64,000 nt of DNA from Mobula hypostoma (taxonomy: Eukaryota). The notes beneath the pieces are model-generated. The model was given only the letters and a program-made list of their open reading frames with translations, was not told where the DNA came from and did not search any database. Position 1 is the stretch's first letter; every line of letters begins with the position of its first letter. The stretch is from the NCBI RefSeq assembly GCF_963921235.1, contig NC_086118.1:14634001-14698000 (forward strand), written 5' to 3'. A program made the position numbers and the translations under genes. This document shows, in pieces, positions 25,263 through 37,920 of the stretch.

Positions 25263-25782
25263 CAGACTTCCCACCTCTCCCGGAAGTTTCGGGAGTCTCC
25301 CGCATATTAATAATGGCTCCCTGATGTGCGCAAATTATATGCAATATCACAGAAATCAATTTTTTTGAGAGCGAGCGAGAGAAAGCAAGAGAGAGCAACC
25401 ACGAGAGAGAGAGAGCGCGAGCGCGCCGTGGCAGAGTGTTCCAAAAAAAAGAAAATATAAAATGTATGTCACCCCAGACTACCCTAAAATGTACCCCTGC
25501 CTAATAGGGGTCAAAAATAATGACAGTGTTGCTCGCCGCACTGTTTGTAACAGTGACTTTTCTATTGCCCATGGTGGGTTAAGACTGTAAAAGACAATGT
25601 TGAGGTGAGTTTAACAGATGTCATTCATTCATTAGCGTAGCTAACGTTATTTAAACTAACTGGCTAGCTGCTAAGGAGCTACTCTATTGCAGACATCCCA
25701 CCTCTCCCGGAAGTTCTGGGAGTCTCCCACAAATTGATGGTGCTACCTCCCTGAAATGAGTTTTTGCAGGGTGGGATGTCTG
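25263..25782. mobile_element. Non-autonomous DNA transposon, superfamily not assigned
   Basis: TIRs cagacttcccacc and ggtgggatgtctg; an internal direct copy of the left terminus at ~25690; flanks gtaact/ctaact. Confidence 0.65.
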
Positions 25783-28700
25783 CTAACTTTCTACCAAGCT
25801 GAATACTTCAATGAGGTAATTAAACTGGCTAACCTGTAAATCCACTGACAATTTTAAAATATAAGTTTTTTTCAAATTATAAATTCCATGCACAATCCTT
25901 GTCTAATATTCTTACTAAGAGCTTTCGACCTAGGCAAGTATGGAATATTTCTTAGCTGCATGTAATAATTGCGTTGCGAGTCATCCTGTATTTGGGAAGC
26001 AATTCCCAGGATTTTCCTGAAACCTGCTGGAATTTCTAGACCTTTTTCCCCCACATTAGAAAGAAAGACATGCATCTATATGTATGACTCTAGGATATCT
26101 CAGCCTTCTACATGAAGAAGAGTGATATAGAATTCTGCACAGCAAAATATCTTGAGAAACAATGGAATTATGATCTGTTTTTATTTGTGCTGATTGAGGA
26201 ACAAATAATAATCGTAATAAAGTAGAAAATCAACCTTCATTTTGTAATAGTCTCTTGCCTCCACTCGAGGGGTCAGATGGACTCCTGGTTTAAAGTTCCA
26301 TGCAAAAGAGTTAATTTTCCTTTTGTTAGTTCACCAGTGGGACTACTGCTGATAATGCCCAGGTCATCTGTTTGTTTGTTTTGTAACTAAACAGCTTGTT
26401 ATGCAATTTCAAAGGATAGTTAATGGCATATTTCCTTGTGACATGGAAAGAGGCCATTCAGCCCATTGAGTAAATGCTGGCTCACAGAACAATCCCATTC
26501 CTCCATGTTGCTCTGTCTCAGGTATCACCAGGGCAACTAGTTGAACAGTGATGGCACCAGTGATGCAGATGGGTCTTTACAATAATCTGCTAGTTTCACT
26601 GTCATCATTGCTGAAGCTTTTTTAAAATTAAATTTGCATATTGAAATTAATTCACTTAAGTCCTCAGTGAGATTTGATCTCATGGCCCTGGTTGCTTGCC
26701 TCTAGATTAGCTCCAGCAGTTCAGGGGTCTTGCAGTGATGCACTGGATGTACGTGTTCAACCATATTGCAGGTTGGTTTGCACATTCATATCTCTGAAAT
26801 GGTCCTTTTTTTAAATTCACTAACATGCTCCAACTGAAAACAAATCAATCAGATAGATCTGACCAACACAAGATTTATTTTAAATCTTTCATGTATTTTA
26901 AATACACATTTTTACTGCAATTTGTTGTTCCTCTAAATTGGTTAATGGTATATTATTCCAAGCATTTTACTTTGTTGCTAAAAGTGCAGTGAAACAGCAT
27001 TCCTTATACATCCCTGGTTCCACACATTGATAATTGAACAATATTCTGAACAATTGTAATATAGGATATTAAGGATAATTTACTTGAGTTATTGGAAGGT
27101 GCCTACAGATTTTTATGGTTTGTTTTCCATGGTGGTGGGGAGATTGAGAAAAAGAGGCATTTCCTCAGATTTGAACTAGTCTGCCCACTCATTGATAATG
27201 TAAACTGTTCTTCACATAACAGCCAACAGAAATTGGTCCTCTGTCAAAAACAGGACACACACATACGCCAGCTGCAGTGGAACTGTGGGTGGGACAGTGC
27301 TCCCTGTGGAAGATATGCTCCTCATGTCCTTCTTTTTGCTGATTGACTCCTGTTCTGTAAGTAGGGTTAAGTCCACAACAGAGAACAAGAGTTTCCCTTC
27401 CTGTCCCAGTTGGGTAAATATCAACCAGCTTGGCCAAAAAGATGATTGATTCTGGGACATTTGGTTTTCAAAATTTCACATCCTAGTGTGTGATACTGAC
27501 TAAGTTTATTAGATATTAGCCAGTTGAAAACATCATACTTTCAATTGGAACATGATCTTTTATAAATGAGAGGAAATAACAGATCAGAAAAAAAATGTCT
27601 TGAAGTAACATGGGCATACACTGCTTCGAGGTATTTTCTGGTATATATTGCTACCTGCTTCAAGTATCTCAAATTCCCTAGAATTTATGGGTTTCTTTGC
27701 ACAAATAATACATTCAGCAGTCTAACCTGAGGGTACATCAATAAATGTTCTATTCCTGCAATTGCCCAGCCACACCCAGGTCATAAATCAACAGATAATC
27801 AGATAGTAAAGTCAGAGTTCATATCCAGTCATGTTTGTGGGAGGTTAGTATCCAGGTGCGTCTCAAGGATGAGAATCCTAGGAGTTCCTCTTACCGTTCT
27901 GCCTCACCTGCGCTTGAAGTCCCTCCCGTCACACTGCAGTCGGGGTGTACAACTGTTCGATGCAATAAGATTGCTTTCTGTTGCTGCCTTCAGCTTCTTC
28001 CCTCCTGTCATAATCAATGGCTGAGAAATTGTTCCGCATCTCAAAAATCAACACGCTATCAGTGCAGAGCTAAGAGGAAAAGAGGAAGGCTGATGATGGC
28101 TGAGAAAGATTTGAGCTCAGCACTGGGGGATGGTGCTGAATAGGAAAGGTTAGATAAGGGCTGTGGGCTTTCATGAGGACCCCAGCATCAAGTGTGTGGC
28201 CAGGTGGAAATTTGCCGGGGTCATGATCTGATCAAGATGGAATGATGGTGGGCATGTGAAGGGCAGTTGCAGTGAGGGGAGATAAAATCCAAAGGAAGTA
28301 TAAGCCTTAAAGGGGGATCCAAGGGCCAGGCTCCATGATCGTTAACCACCCTAATAAATCTACCTGGTGCTGGATCAACTCTCCAATACGTCCTGCATCT
28401 GGGCAAATTGTTCAAGCATTTCACAGGTTGCCTTTGAGTGAAAGAACTTCTGCTGAAGCAGGATCAAAGCCTCACTGTGCTTGGCCAGATGACCATACCG
28501 TTTGCATGGTGAACCCAGAGCAGACTGCAAAACCCATGCCATGATCACAGGGTGTACAAACGAACTGTACTCCACCAAAAATTCTAGGCCTTTGCAGAGT
28601 CAGAATATCTACTGTTTCTCTTTCCGGGGGTTCTGTTTGACCTGCTGAGTTTTTCCAGCATTTTTTTTTTGTTTGAGAATTTCAAGGCCATTGTGTACAA

Positions 28701-29335
28701 ATGTTTGCCTATCTTCATTGCATCACAATTAAGCCCTGGTAAATGCTACTGCTGTAACTATTTGTGTGTTAATGGAATAGCTGGCCAAGTTTAACAATAT
28801 TGCAGAGCAAACATAAACCAGAGGGAGAACTTTCTGATGAAAAACTTGATGACAAACGGTCACTGAGGTAATGAACACTGTTCCATTGTCTCCTATGTCT
28901 CAATTGCCAACACCTTTAACTTCTCTTAGTTTCAATTTCACTGTAGTGAAAATTTGACATCTCATTTCAGGGCCTCAAACCCACACTAATATTCCCCACC
29001 ATCCATCTGAAGCAAAACCCAAAGAGACTCCAATGATTCAATTGCATCTTCTTTGTTGCTTTTCGATCTTATACTTTAGTAGAATCATACAGCTAATCAA
29101 CATGCCTTTTAGCCCATCAAGTCCCACTGACTGTCAAACACCCATCCATACTAGAAGTACACTCCTTCCATTTTATTTTCCCCAAGTTCATATCAACTGC
29201 ATTCCGGCCTCTCTTCCCACTCCCTTTATTCTACTGTTTATGGGTACACACAAGGCAATCACAATGGATAATCAAAACATACCAACTGATGTGTCTTGTG
29301 ATGTGGGGAGAAAACACATGACCTGCAGGAAACCC

Positions 29336-29553
29336 ACATGATCAGAGGGAGATGGTGTAAAATCCATACAAACCAGAGGTCAGGATTGAACATGATCAGA
29401 GGGAGATGGTGTAAAATCCATACAAACCAGAGGTCAGGATTGAACATGATCAGAGGGAGATGGTGTGAAATCCATACAAACCAGAGGTCAGCATTGAACG
29501 TGATCAGAGGGAGATGGTGTAAAATCCATACAAACCAGAGGTCAGGATTGAAC
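29336..29553. repeat. Minisatellite, 4 x 54 bp, inside a minus-strand V-SINE remnant
   Basis: Unit acatgatcagagggagatggtgtaaaatccatacaaaccagaggtcaggattga; the copies are nearly identical. Confidence 0.95.
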
Positions 29554-29722
29554 CTAGCTGACCAGAGCCATTCGACCATCTCTGCATGGGTGCTGCCTCT
29601 TACATCATAGATCTTAATTTCGAAGCTAGTGATAGCATCTCCACTTCTAATCGAAACATGAGAAATATGGCATTAGCTGTATTTTCCAGAGATTCAGTGA
29701 AATATATCTCTTCTATCTGCAG

Positions 29723-29809
29723 GTCGAGAAACAGCGAGCTGATCTCACCAGGGAACTAGAAGACCTTACTGATAGATTGGAAGAAGCTGGTGGAGTAACT
29801 GCGTCCCAG
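29723..29809 (+). CDS. MYH16: MYH16-like exon B, 87 nt, phase 0-0
   Basis: Splice sites ctgcag|GTC and CAG|gtagaa. Translates [29 protein letters not shown] and continues exon A in frame. Confidence 0.92.
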
Positions 29810-31698
29810 GTAGAAATTCAGTACTGCTTTTCTTTGCTTGTTCTTTAATACTTATTGATGACTTTTATTTCATCATTTGGTATTCATAGGAAACTTCCCC
29901 AGATGCAGTGGGAAGGAAGGATTATTCATAATAGTCTGAGACAGTGTGAACATGTTCATGTAGATATTCTTTGTTGGGCCCTGCTTGTAACTTCTTTCTT
30001 CTGAATGGCTTAATGTTTTTGGAAGGATTTAAATCTCTGTTTTATTTATGAAGTCACTGCTACCTCACAGCTGGGCAGAATCTCTACATGTTGCATGATC
30101 CTTGATGCATTTATGTGCTCGTCAATAAAATGGAAAGATAGAAAATCCTTTTGCATGCTTTTTTTTTGCCTTAATTGTTGGTTCACGTTCTTCTACAAAG
30201 CCATTCAGATTCTTCCAGAGATGTGGAGTAAATTTAATATCACTTAACTGTAGGCAGCACGCTTTACAGCACTGGAGATTGGTGTTCAGTTCCCGTCATT
30301 GGCTGTAAGGTGCTTGTATGTTCTCCCCATGACTGCATGGGTTTCCACCACATGCTCTGATTTCAGAGATGTACAGGTTAGGGCTAGTAAGGTGTGGAAG
30401 CATTACGTTGGTGCCAGAAACATGACAGCACTTGCAAATGCGTGGCCTGTGTTGATTGTTGATACAAAATACACAGTTCACTGTATGTTTCGATGTACAT
30501 GTAACAAATGAAGCTAATCTTTATCAGTGGGGAAGGGAAGCATTTATTATTGCATGAAGTGGAATGCCTCATTATATGTATGCTTTTACCACTAAACCTG
30601 TTGGGAATAAGGTGCTTCTTATAAATCTTCCCTCCAGCTAAAGGTTCAGTGTAGATCAAATAAAATTCCTTTGGTTTGTGGTAAATTCATGTGTAACTGC
30701 ATCAATGGTTTTAATCTTTGTAGCTAACATTTTCTGAAATTCTCTGGTGCATAAGTGAATGGCTGAACTAACCAATTTGTACCAAACCATTTCCAGGGAA
30801 GTATTCTTTGTTAAAGAGTATGGTTTCAATCAGTGCATTGGCTTCAGTACCTCTGGATGAGGATAGAGAGGAAATCAGTCATTGCTCCAGATGTTAACCA
30901 GCAATACTGTTGAAAATGGAAGGCATGTTCAGCTAGGTTCCTGGGATAAGTTTCCCCAGATGTTCACTATCTGCAGTGATACAGTGATACCAGCTTGTTT
31001 GGTTCAGTGCCTCTGGAAGGTACCCCACCCTCTCTGCTGCATACCCCAGCAGTTGAGGGTTAGGACTGGCTGGCTGGTCGGAGTCAAGGCCATATCAGGA
31101 GTCTGAGCTGAAAAATGATCTGCAATTAACTTTATGAATTGTTAATTTTCTGTTTTTAACACCATGAAAGCATATTGAAAAATATCAGAAATGAAATTAA
31201 CATCAAGTGCAGTTGTCTCCCTCCTCCATTCCCGATAACCTCCCTCTCTCCACACCCATTATTATGTTTTCTTTTGTATTCTCAGACCTGCACCCAGGCA
31301 GGGAGAGGGTGAGAAATGAGTTGGGGGTGTGTAGAGTTGAGAGACAGAGAAATGGAGAGAGGTGAATGACAGGCGGAAAGGAGATGTACCACTTAAATCT
31401 TTTTTTCCATGGAGAGGTTTTGGCATTTGATTGCTGTTTTTATAAACTAATTGGGCAATTACACCAGGGGCCATTTTGGCACTGAGCGATAATGAATATG
31501 CAGCCCAGTTTGCATCTCACCTACTTTTGGAATTCCATTCAGGTTTAGCAGGTTTTTATACAGCAGATAAAGGGAACATGGTTTGGAAAGGATTCATTCA
31601 AGAGTGTATCTCCCTTCCTCCACCTCCACCCCACCTAAATGGTGTCAATGTTTTTGAAACTGGATGGTTCTTTCATCTTTTGGATCGTCTACCGTAAA

Positions 31699-32221
31699 GA
31701 TGAAGCCACACTCAGGTTGGAGGAACAACACCTTATATTCCGTCTGGGTAGCCTCCAACCTGATGGCATGAACATTGACTTCTCTAACTTCCGCTAAGGC
31801 CCCACCTCCCCCTCATACCCCATCTGTTACTTATTTTTATGCACACGTTCTTTCTCTCACTCTCCTTTTTCTCCCTCTGTCCCTCTGAATATACCTCTTG
31901 CCCATCCTCTGGGTCCCCCCCCCCCCGTCTTTCTTCCCAGACCTCCTGTCCCATGATCCTCTTGTATCCCCTTTTGCCTATCACCTGTCCAGCTCTCGGC
32001 TCCATCCCTCCCCCTCCTGTCTTCTATCATTTTGGATCTCCCCCTCCCCCTCCAACTTTCAAATCCGTTACTCACTCTTCCTTCAGTTGGTCCTGACGAA
32101 GGGTCTCGGCCTGAAACGTCGACTGCACCTCTTCCTACAGATGCTGCCTGGCCTGCTGCATTCACCAGCAACTTTGATGTGTGTTGCTTGAATTTCCAGC
32201 ATCTGCAGAATTCCTGTTGTT
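31699..32221 (+). mobile_element. Penelope-like element (PLE) 3' end: GIY-YIG C-terminus plus terminal repeat
   Basis: 31699-31797 encodes DEATLRLEEQHLIFRLGSLQPDGMNIDFSNFR*, followed by a pyrimidine-rich UTR and a hammerhead motif. Probable 18-bp TSD at 31665-31682 and 32222-32239 (16/18 identical). Confidence 0.85.
32089..32124 (+). ncRNA. Minimal type-I hammerhead ribozyme motif (PLE), intact core
   Basis: ggtc-CUGACGA-a-gggu(cucg)gccu-GAAA-c-GUC/-gacu. Both core boxes, stem I, stem II and the GUC triplet are present; stem III is the palindrome ACGU with no loop. Confidence 0.75.
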
Positions 32222-32490
32222 TGGTTCTTTTATCTCTTGTACAAGAGCAACATCTCAGATTTAAGTGGAATTAACTAAAAATGCAAAATATCTCGGTAGG
32301 TTAGATAGAGGTTTGGGAAGAAAGGCTAAAGTTTTGGGCAGTGACATTATATTATTTTTAACATTGTAAAATGTCTCAAAGTATTTCAAAGGAACGTTAC
32401 CAACAACTGGTAGACTAGAAGATGCTAACAAAAGGATGCGAAATGATTCCTCACTCTTAATTATCTTCCTTTATAACTTTCCTCCTGGAG

Positions 32491-32736
32491 ATTGAGATGA
32501 ACAAGAAGCGTGAGTCAGAACTGCTGCGGCTGCGGCGAGAGTTGGAGGAGGCCACGCTGCAGTCGGAGACTACAGCCGCAGCGCTTCGCAAGAAGCACGG
32601 GGACACTGTGGTGGAAATAACCGAGCAGTACGAGAACCTGCAGAGGCTGCGTGTGAAAACAGAGAAAGAAAAGCAAAGTATGAAGCTAGAACTAGACAAC
32701 ATGAGCCTTACTATTGATGGCCTTCAAAAAAGCAAG
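32491..32736 (+). CDS. MYH16: MYH16-like exon C, 246 nt, phase 0-0
   Basis: Splice sites cctcctggag|ATT and AAG|gtatca. Translates [36 protein letters not shown]...DGLQKSK (ORF 32497-32757). The motifs [14 protein letters not shown] and QKSK are MYH16-like. Confidence 0.92.
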
Positions 32737-33454
32737 GTATCATGTTTACTACTTTAAACATTTGTGCAAAACTTAAAAGTATTTGTAATTGGTAATCAGC
32801 AGGACAATACTTGCTATTTGGAAATAATTCTCTCGGATTGAGCATACACAATGAGTTTTAGATAGGTCTCACTGTATGGCTTAGTAGACTAGATCTATTT
32901 AAGCAGACCCTTTGAACTATAGGTTATCCTGAGTGGCACTGGTTCTCCTAATTCTGCTAGTGATCTATGCTTTGGATGCGCTCCAGAGGTCATGTTATCC
33001 TTTGGAACACAGTCAAGGGAAAAATAACACTGCTGTAACCTCAGTCACATGTTGGGATAGCAGTCCACCCAGTCTTGGTGTTCTCCGGCATGACAGAGTG
33101 AGTCAAGCAACTGTCCACTAAAGCTGAGACTTTGAACATAAAAGATCTTGAATTGACCCATTTGTAGTTTATAGGATGTGTGGAAAAGGACGGTATCAGT
33201 GAATAAAATTTGAAGACGATTACAAAATGTAATCATGGTGTGAATGAAAGCAAGGTTAGTTATGGCTAACCTGCTCTTATATTTAGCAATCACAAAGTCA
33301 AATTACCTGGCCATATCTATTGTCAAGACTCTCTGTGGGTAAATATAAAAGGGCACTTACAGTGTGTGGGGAAACCAAAATCTGAAAGGAGCTAATTGAA
33401 ATGTAGATATGTATTGTATTTAAGGAAGGGAACTGTTTTAAGGTGGGTTGTAGA

Positions 33455-34330
33455 GTTGTAGAGTCACAGAACACCACAGCATGGAACGAGACCCTTTGTC
33501 CCAACTAGTCTGTGCCAAACTATTAATCTGTCTAGCCCTATTGACTTACATCTCCACAGGCCTCCATACTCCTCCCATAAATATACCTATCCAAATGTCT
33601 CTAAAATGTTGAAATCAAACCTGCTGGCAGCTCACTTAACATTCTCAGGACCCTCTGAGTGAAGCTGTTCCCTTTAAACATTTCACTTCTCACCCTTAAC
33701 CCATGACCTCTATTCTAGTTTCACACAACTTCAAATGAAAAAGTTTGTTTAATTTTAAGCTATACTCCTGTACTATCTGTGCTCCTCACAATCGTGTACA
33801 CCTCTATCACGTCTTCTATCGTTCTCCTACATACTTAACCTTTCCTAATAACTCAGGTCCTTAGGCCCTGGCCACATCCTTGCAGATTTTCCCTGCACTC
33901 TTTCAATCCTATTAATACGGTTTTTGTAGGTAGGTGACCAGAACTGCACATATTACTCCAAATTAGGTGTTACCAACATCTTATACAACTTCAGCACAAC
34001 ATCCTAATTCCTGTACTCAATACTTGGTTTTATGAAGGACAATGTGCCAAAAGTGTTCTTCTGGACCCTGTCTACCTGTGACACCGCTTTCAAGGAATTA
34101 CGAACCATGTTCCCAGATCTCTCTGTTCTATTGCACACCTCACTGCCCTACTGTGTAACTCCTATACTGCTTTGTCCTGGCAAAGTGCAATACCTGACAC
34201 ATGTTTATATTAAATTCCAGCTACCATTTCTTAGCCGATTTTCCAGCTGGTCCAGATCGAGCTGCAAACTTTGATAGCCTTCCTTGCTGTCCACTATACC
34301 TCTACATCTTGGTGTCAGTCACAAATTTGC
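33455..34330 (-). mobile_element. Old CR1 3' fragment
   Basis: Contains gaccagaactgcacatattactccaaatt (reverse of EYCVQFWS) and a CR1 tail near 33460. Confidence 0.8.
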
Positions 34331-34802
34331 TTTGTTAATATTATGATAGTGCTTGGCATAATCACTTGGGTTAATTGTGAGGGATTAATTGTTTTCCATT
34401 TCTATCACTGAAGGCAGGAATATGGATCAGCCGTGATGAAATGGTGGATCAGACTTGATGGCCAAATGACCTAATTCTACTCCTATGTCATATGGTCTTA
34501 TGGTCTTATCATGTTTAGACACCTCCATCTCGAATTTCCTCATATGTTTTGGATAAGATTTCAAACACACTGATGGACATTTGATATAGGAAGTCAACGG
34601 TCAAATTTATTATCATGTGTACAAATATGTGTATGCACAGATGTAATGAAAAATTTAACAACAGTAACACAAGAGCAGAGCATCAGATACACAACATTGA
34701 AAAGGAAGGCATAAATTAGCAATATAAATTACGCAAATTTACATGGGAATTAACACAATTATAATAAAAAAAAAGAAACAAAGTCCATGGTAATGTAAAG
34801 TT

Positions 34803-35529
34803 CACAAGACAAGACAAAGGAGCAGAAGTAGGCCATTCGGCCCATCGAGTCTGCTCCGCAGCTCCCCCATGAGCTAAACTATTCACCCATCTAGTTCCAA
34901 TTTCCAGCTTTTTCCCCATATCCCTTGATACCCTGACTAATTAGATACCTGTCAATCTCCTCCTTAAACACCCTCAATGATCGGGCCTCCACAGCCATAT
35001 GTGGCAACAAATTCCACAAATCCACAACCCTCTGGCTAAAAAAATTTCTCCTCATCTCTGTTTTAACTGTGTACCCTCTAATTCTAAGACTATGGCCTCT
35101 TGTCCTGGACTCACCCACCAAGGGAAACAACCTTTCCACATCTACTCTGTCCAACCCTTTCAACATTCGAAACGTTTCTATGAGATCCCCTCTCATTCTT
35201 CTATACTCTAATGAATACAATCCCAGAGCCGACAGACGCTCCTCATATGTTAGCCCCTGCATTCCAGGAATCATCCTCGTAAATCTTCTCTGAACTCTCT
35301 CCAACATCAGTATATCCTTTCTAAGATAGGGGGCCCAAAACTGCACACAGTATTCCAAATGAGGTCTCACCACTGCCCCATAGAGCCTCATCAACACCTC
35401 CTTACACTATTCCTCTTGAAATGAATGCCAACATAGCATTCGCTTTCCTTACCACCAATCCAACTTGGTGGTTAACTTTCCTTACCGCCAATCCAACTTG
35501 GTGGTTAACTTTCCTTACCGCCAATCCAA
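34803..35529 (-). mobile_element. Young 5'-truncated CR1 with an uninterrupted 168-codon ORF2 end
   Basis: ORF 34891-35397 (LYGAVVRPHLEYCVQFWAP...); tail (tcttg)n at 34803. Confidence 0.92.
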
Positions 35530-36271
35530 GTAGTCAGAGTCTTGTTGTACTGAAGTAGCCACACTACACCATGATGTGATTTATACCACCGCAGGTCCTA
35601 GATACACTGAATACTTAATTAGGGAAAACGATCCTTTGGCATTGACATTTCTAATCTTGGTGCCAAAATTCACCAGAATTAACAATTTAGATGTTTTCTT
35701 TTTATACTTACTTACTGGGCCCTAAGCTCCCAAGTGGAGCTTAGGCCATTCATGACCTCCTGTCTACTGACCATTGTCCACTGAAGTCAATGGTATGGTT
35801 GGAGTTCATCAACACTTCTGCAATCCATTGCATTCACAGTACCATGATTTGGCATAAACAACTTCACTAGAGTCCTGTTAGCCGGCCTTATGCATATAAC
35901 CATATAACCATATAACAATTACAACACAGAAACAGGCCATCTCGGCCCTACTAGTCCACGCCGAATGCTTACTCTCACCTAGTCCCACCGACCTGCACTC
36001 AGCCCATAACCCTCCATTCCTTTCCTGTCCATATAGTTTCAAATATATGACATCGGTGGTGGGGAAGATGCTAGAGTCAGTTATCTAAGATGTGATAACA
36101 GCACATTTGAAACATTCCTTTCCACTTCTCACAGCGGAGACGTAGGGTTGGACTTCTTTTTAATATCTCTCTCAAAAGTCATGTTTATTGTGTTTTAGTC
36201 CATCAGTGTGAGTGTTGCTGGACAATTGATAGCAGACAGCCCTGAGATTTGTAGTGTTCTTCTGTGTCCAG

Positions 36272-36389
36272 GTGGCTAGTGATGCACAGATTCGAAAGCT
36301 CGAAGATTTACTGTCGGAAGCCACTTCCCGAAATGAGGATTTGCAGCGTTCTCTCACTGAGCAGAGTCTTGGCAAAACACGGCTGACAG
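36272..36389 (+). CDS. MYH16: MYH16-like exon D, 118 nt, phase 0-1
   Basis: Splice sites tgtccag|GTG and ACAG|gtatgg. Translates VASDAQIRKLEDLLSEATSRNEDLQRSLTEQSLGKTRLT plus one G. Confidence 0.9.
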
Positions 36390-36827
36390 GTATGGGTGAA
36401 GAATTTATTAAAATAGAGATAGAGTTCATTAATTGGGTTTTATCCTGAGGGTAAGTTAATAATAAATCCTTTTGGCTTCTGGTGAACATTTTAAAGCTGT
36501 TAACCCAGGGATGAAGTAATCACTTTGTCCATAAGAGTGAACACTTCATCCAAAATATGCTTGAAAATGTAGTTCAAAGTCACAACAAAATTCTTATGAG
36601 CAAATATATAAAATTCTTACTTACCAATGTACTTTACATATAGTAAGATATTTTTCTTGTTACGTTTTATTATGAAAAGCTTGCAAATTTTTCAATCTTT
36701 ATTTTAAAACTGCTGAACGTTAATTCAGAAAAATACCTTAGCTTTTAATTCAATTTGTGTACACTAAACCTTTTTGAAATTAAGTCATTGTTCATACAAA
36801 AAAGTTACACCCAATGTGCAGTGAATA

Positions 36828-37722
36828 CAATAGATTCTGGATAATTGGGGCAGCAGCTTATTTGGGACAACTCTAAAAGTACAAACACTAATTGAGAAAA
36901 TAGCCAGGGTTCCCTTTGTTTAATTGGGGCCCAATACTGCTTAATTGGGACAGGAGGCTGTTTCTGAACAGTTTCTAACTAGTGCCAGTGTCATGCACTT
37001 GTGTGACCATGCTTAGACGAACAGTTTTTAAATAGTGTCAGTTGTGTGTGCTTGTGTTCAAAAAGCAGTGATTTTTATCACTTACAGAGAAACAAGCAGT
37101 AAGACAATTCAGAACTGTTTTGCGCACTGTGATTTCAAGCATTCAGACTTAGAGAGGCTAGAAATGGCTGGGAGTGAAAATGAAATGATATCAGTACTTC
37201 AGCAAGTTATGAACTTGAAGAATTTGAAGGTATCAACAATCTCCTTAAATGTGAGAATGATAGTGAAGATTTGGAGGATACAATTGTCCAAAATGGTAAA
37301 AAGGTAGTCCATTATCTACACTAGGTGTCTGCACTGATTTTGTTCTTTTACAATCAAAAGAACACAGCAGTGTACACTGAAAGAATTTCTCTGTCAATAA
37401 CTATTAGGAACTAGTACACAGTTTTATAGCAACACATATAAAATGCTGGAGGAACTCAGCAGGCCAGGCAGCATCTATGTAAAAGAGAACAATCGGCATT
37501 TCATATACTGATCCTTCATCAGTATTGTATTGTAGTAGCATTGATGGTGTTCTAATTTATCTTGTGTTTCATTGAATACATAATTTGTTACTCACATAAA
37601 TGATAGTTTGTCTTTTTTATACCTTTATAGCTATTTCCATGAAACTTAGGCTACTTGAGGAAGCTGCTTAATTGGGCCAAAACATACTGGTTAGATTTGC
37701 CTCAATTTAGCAGAATCCACTG
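36828..37722 (+). mobile_element. Tigger/pogo-like non-autonomous transposon; second copy at 43172-43927
   Basis: Ends TA|caatagattc and gaatccactg|TA. Remnant coding TIQNCFAHCDF. The two copies align over their length, and the first carries a PLE terminus at ~37429-37522. Confidence 0.8.
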
Positions 37723-37920
37723 TACCTGGAATGCGCTGCCTGAGAAAATGGTGGAAGCAGAGCTGCTGATAGCATTTAGGAAGTGTGCAGACTTGTATTT
37801 GAACTGTCTAAGCATATAAGGCAAGGGGCAAGTGTGAAGTGATGGGATTAATATGGATGGGTGCCCATTATTTGTTGTGGAGTTAGGCTGAATGGCCTGC
37901 TTCTATGCTGCGTGACTCTA

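Noticed and set aside
29336..29553. CRISPR-like array or repeat protein (ORFs 29259-29579 and 29338-29610)
   Set aside because: Head-to-tail units with no unique spacers, SINE-derived, in a eukaryotic context. The ORFs exist only because 54 is a multiple of 3.
31784..32274. Overlapping ORFs on both strands, also at 50260-50830
   Set aside because: These are low-complexity PLE UTR translated by chance; the same peptides recur wherever the repeat occurs.
34891..35397. Domesticated or functional reverse-transcriptase gene (168-aa ORF)
   Set aside because: It is only the C-terminal part of a 5'-truncated young CR1 and lacks the catalytic RT core.
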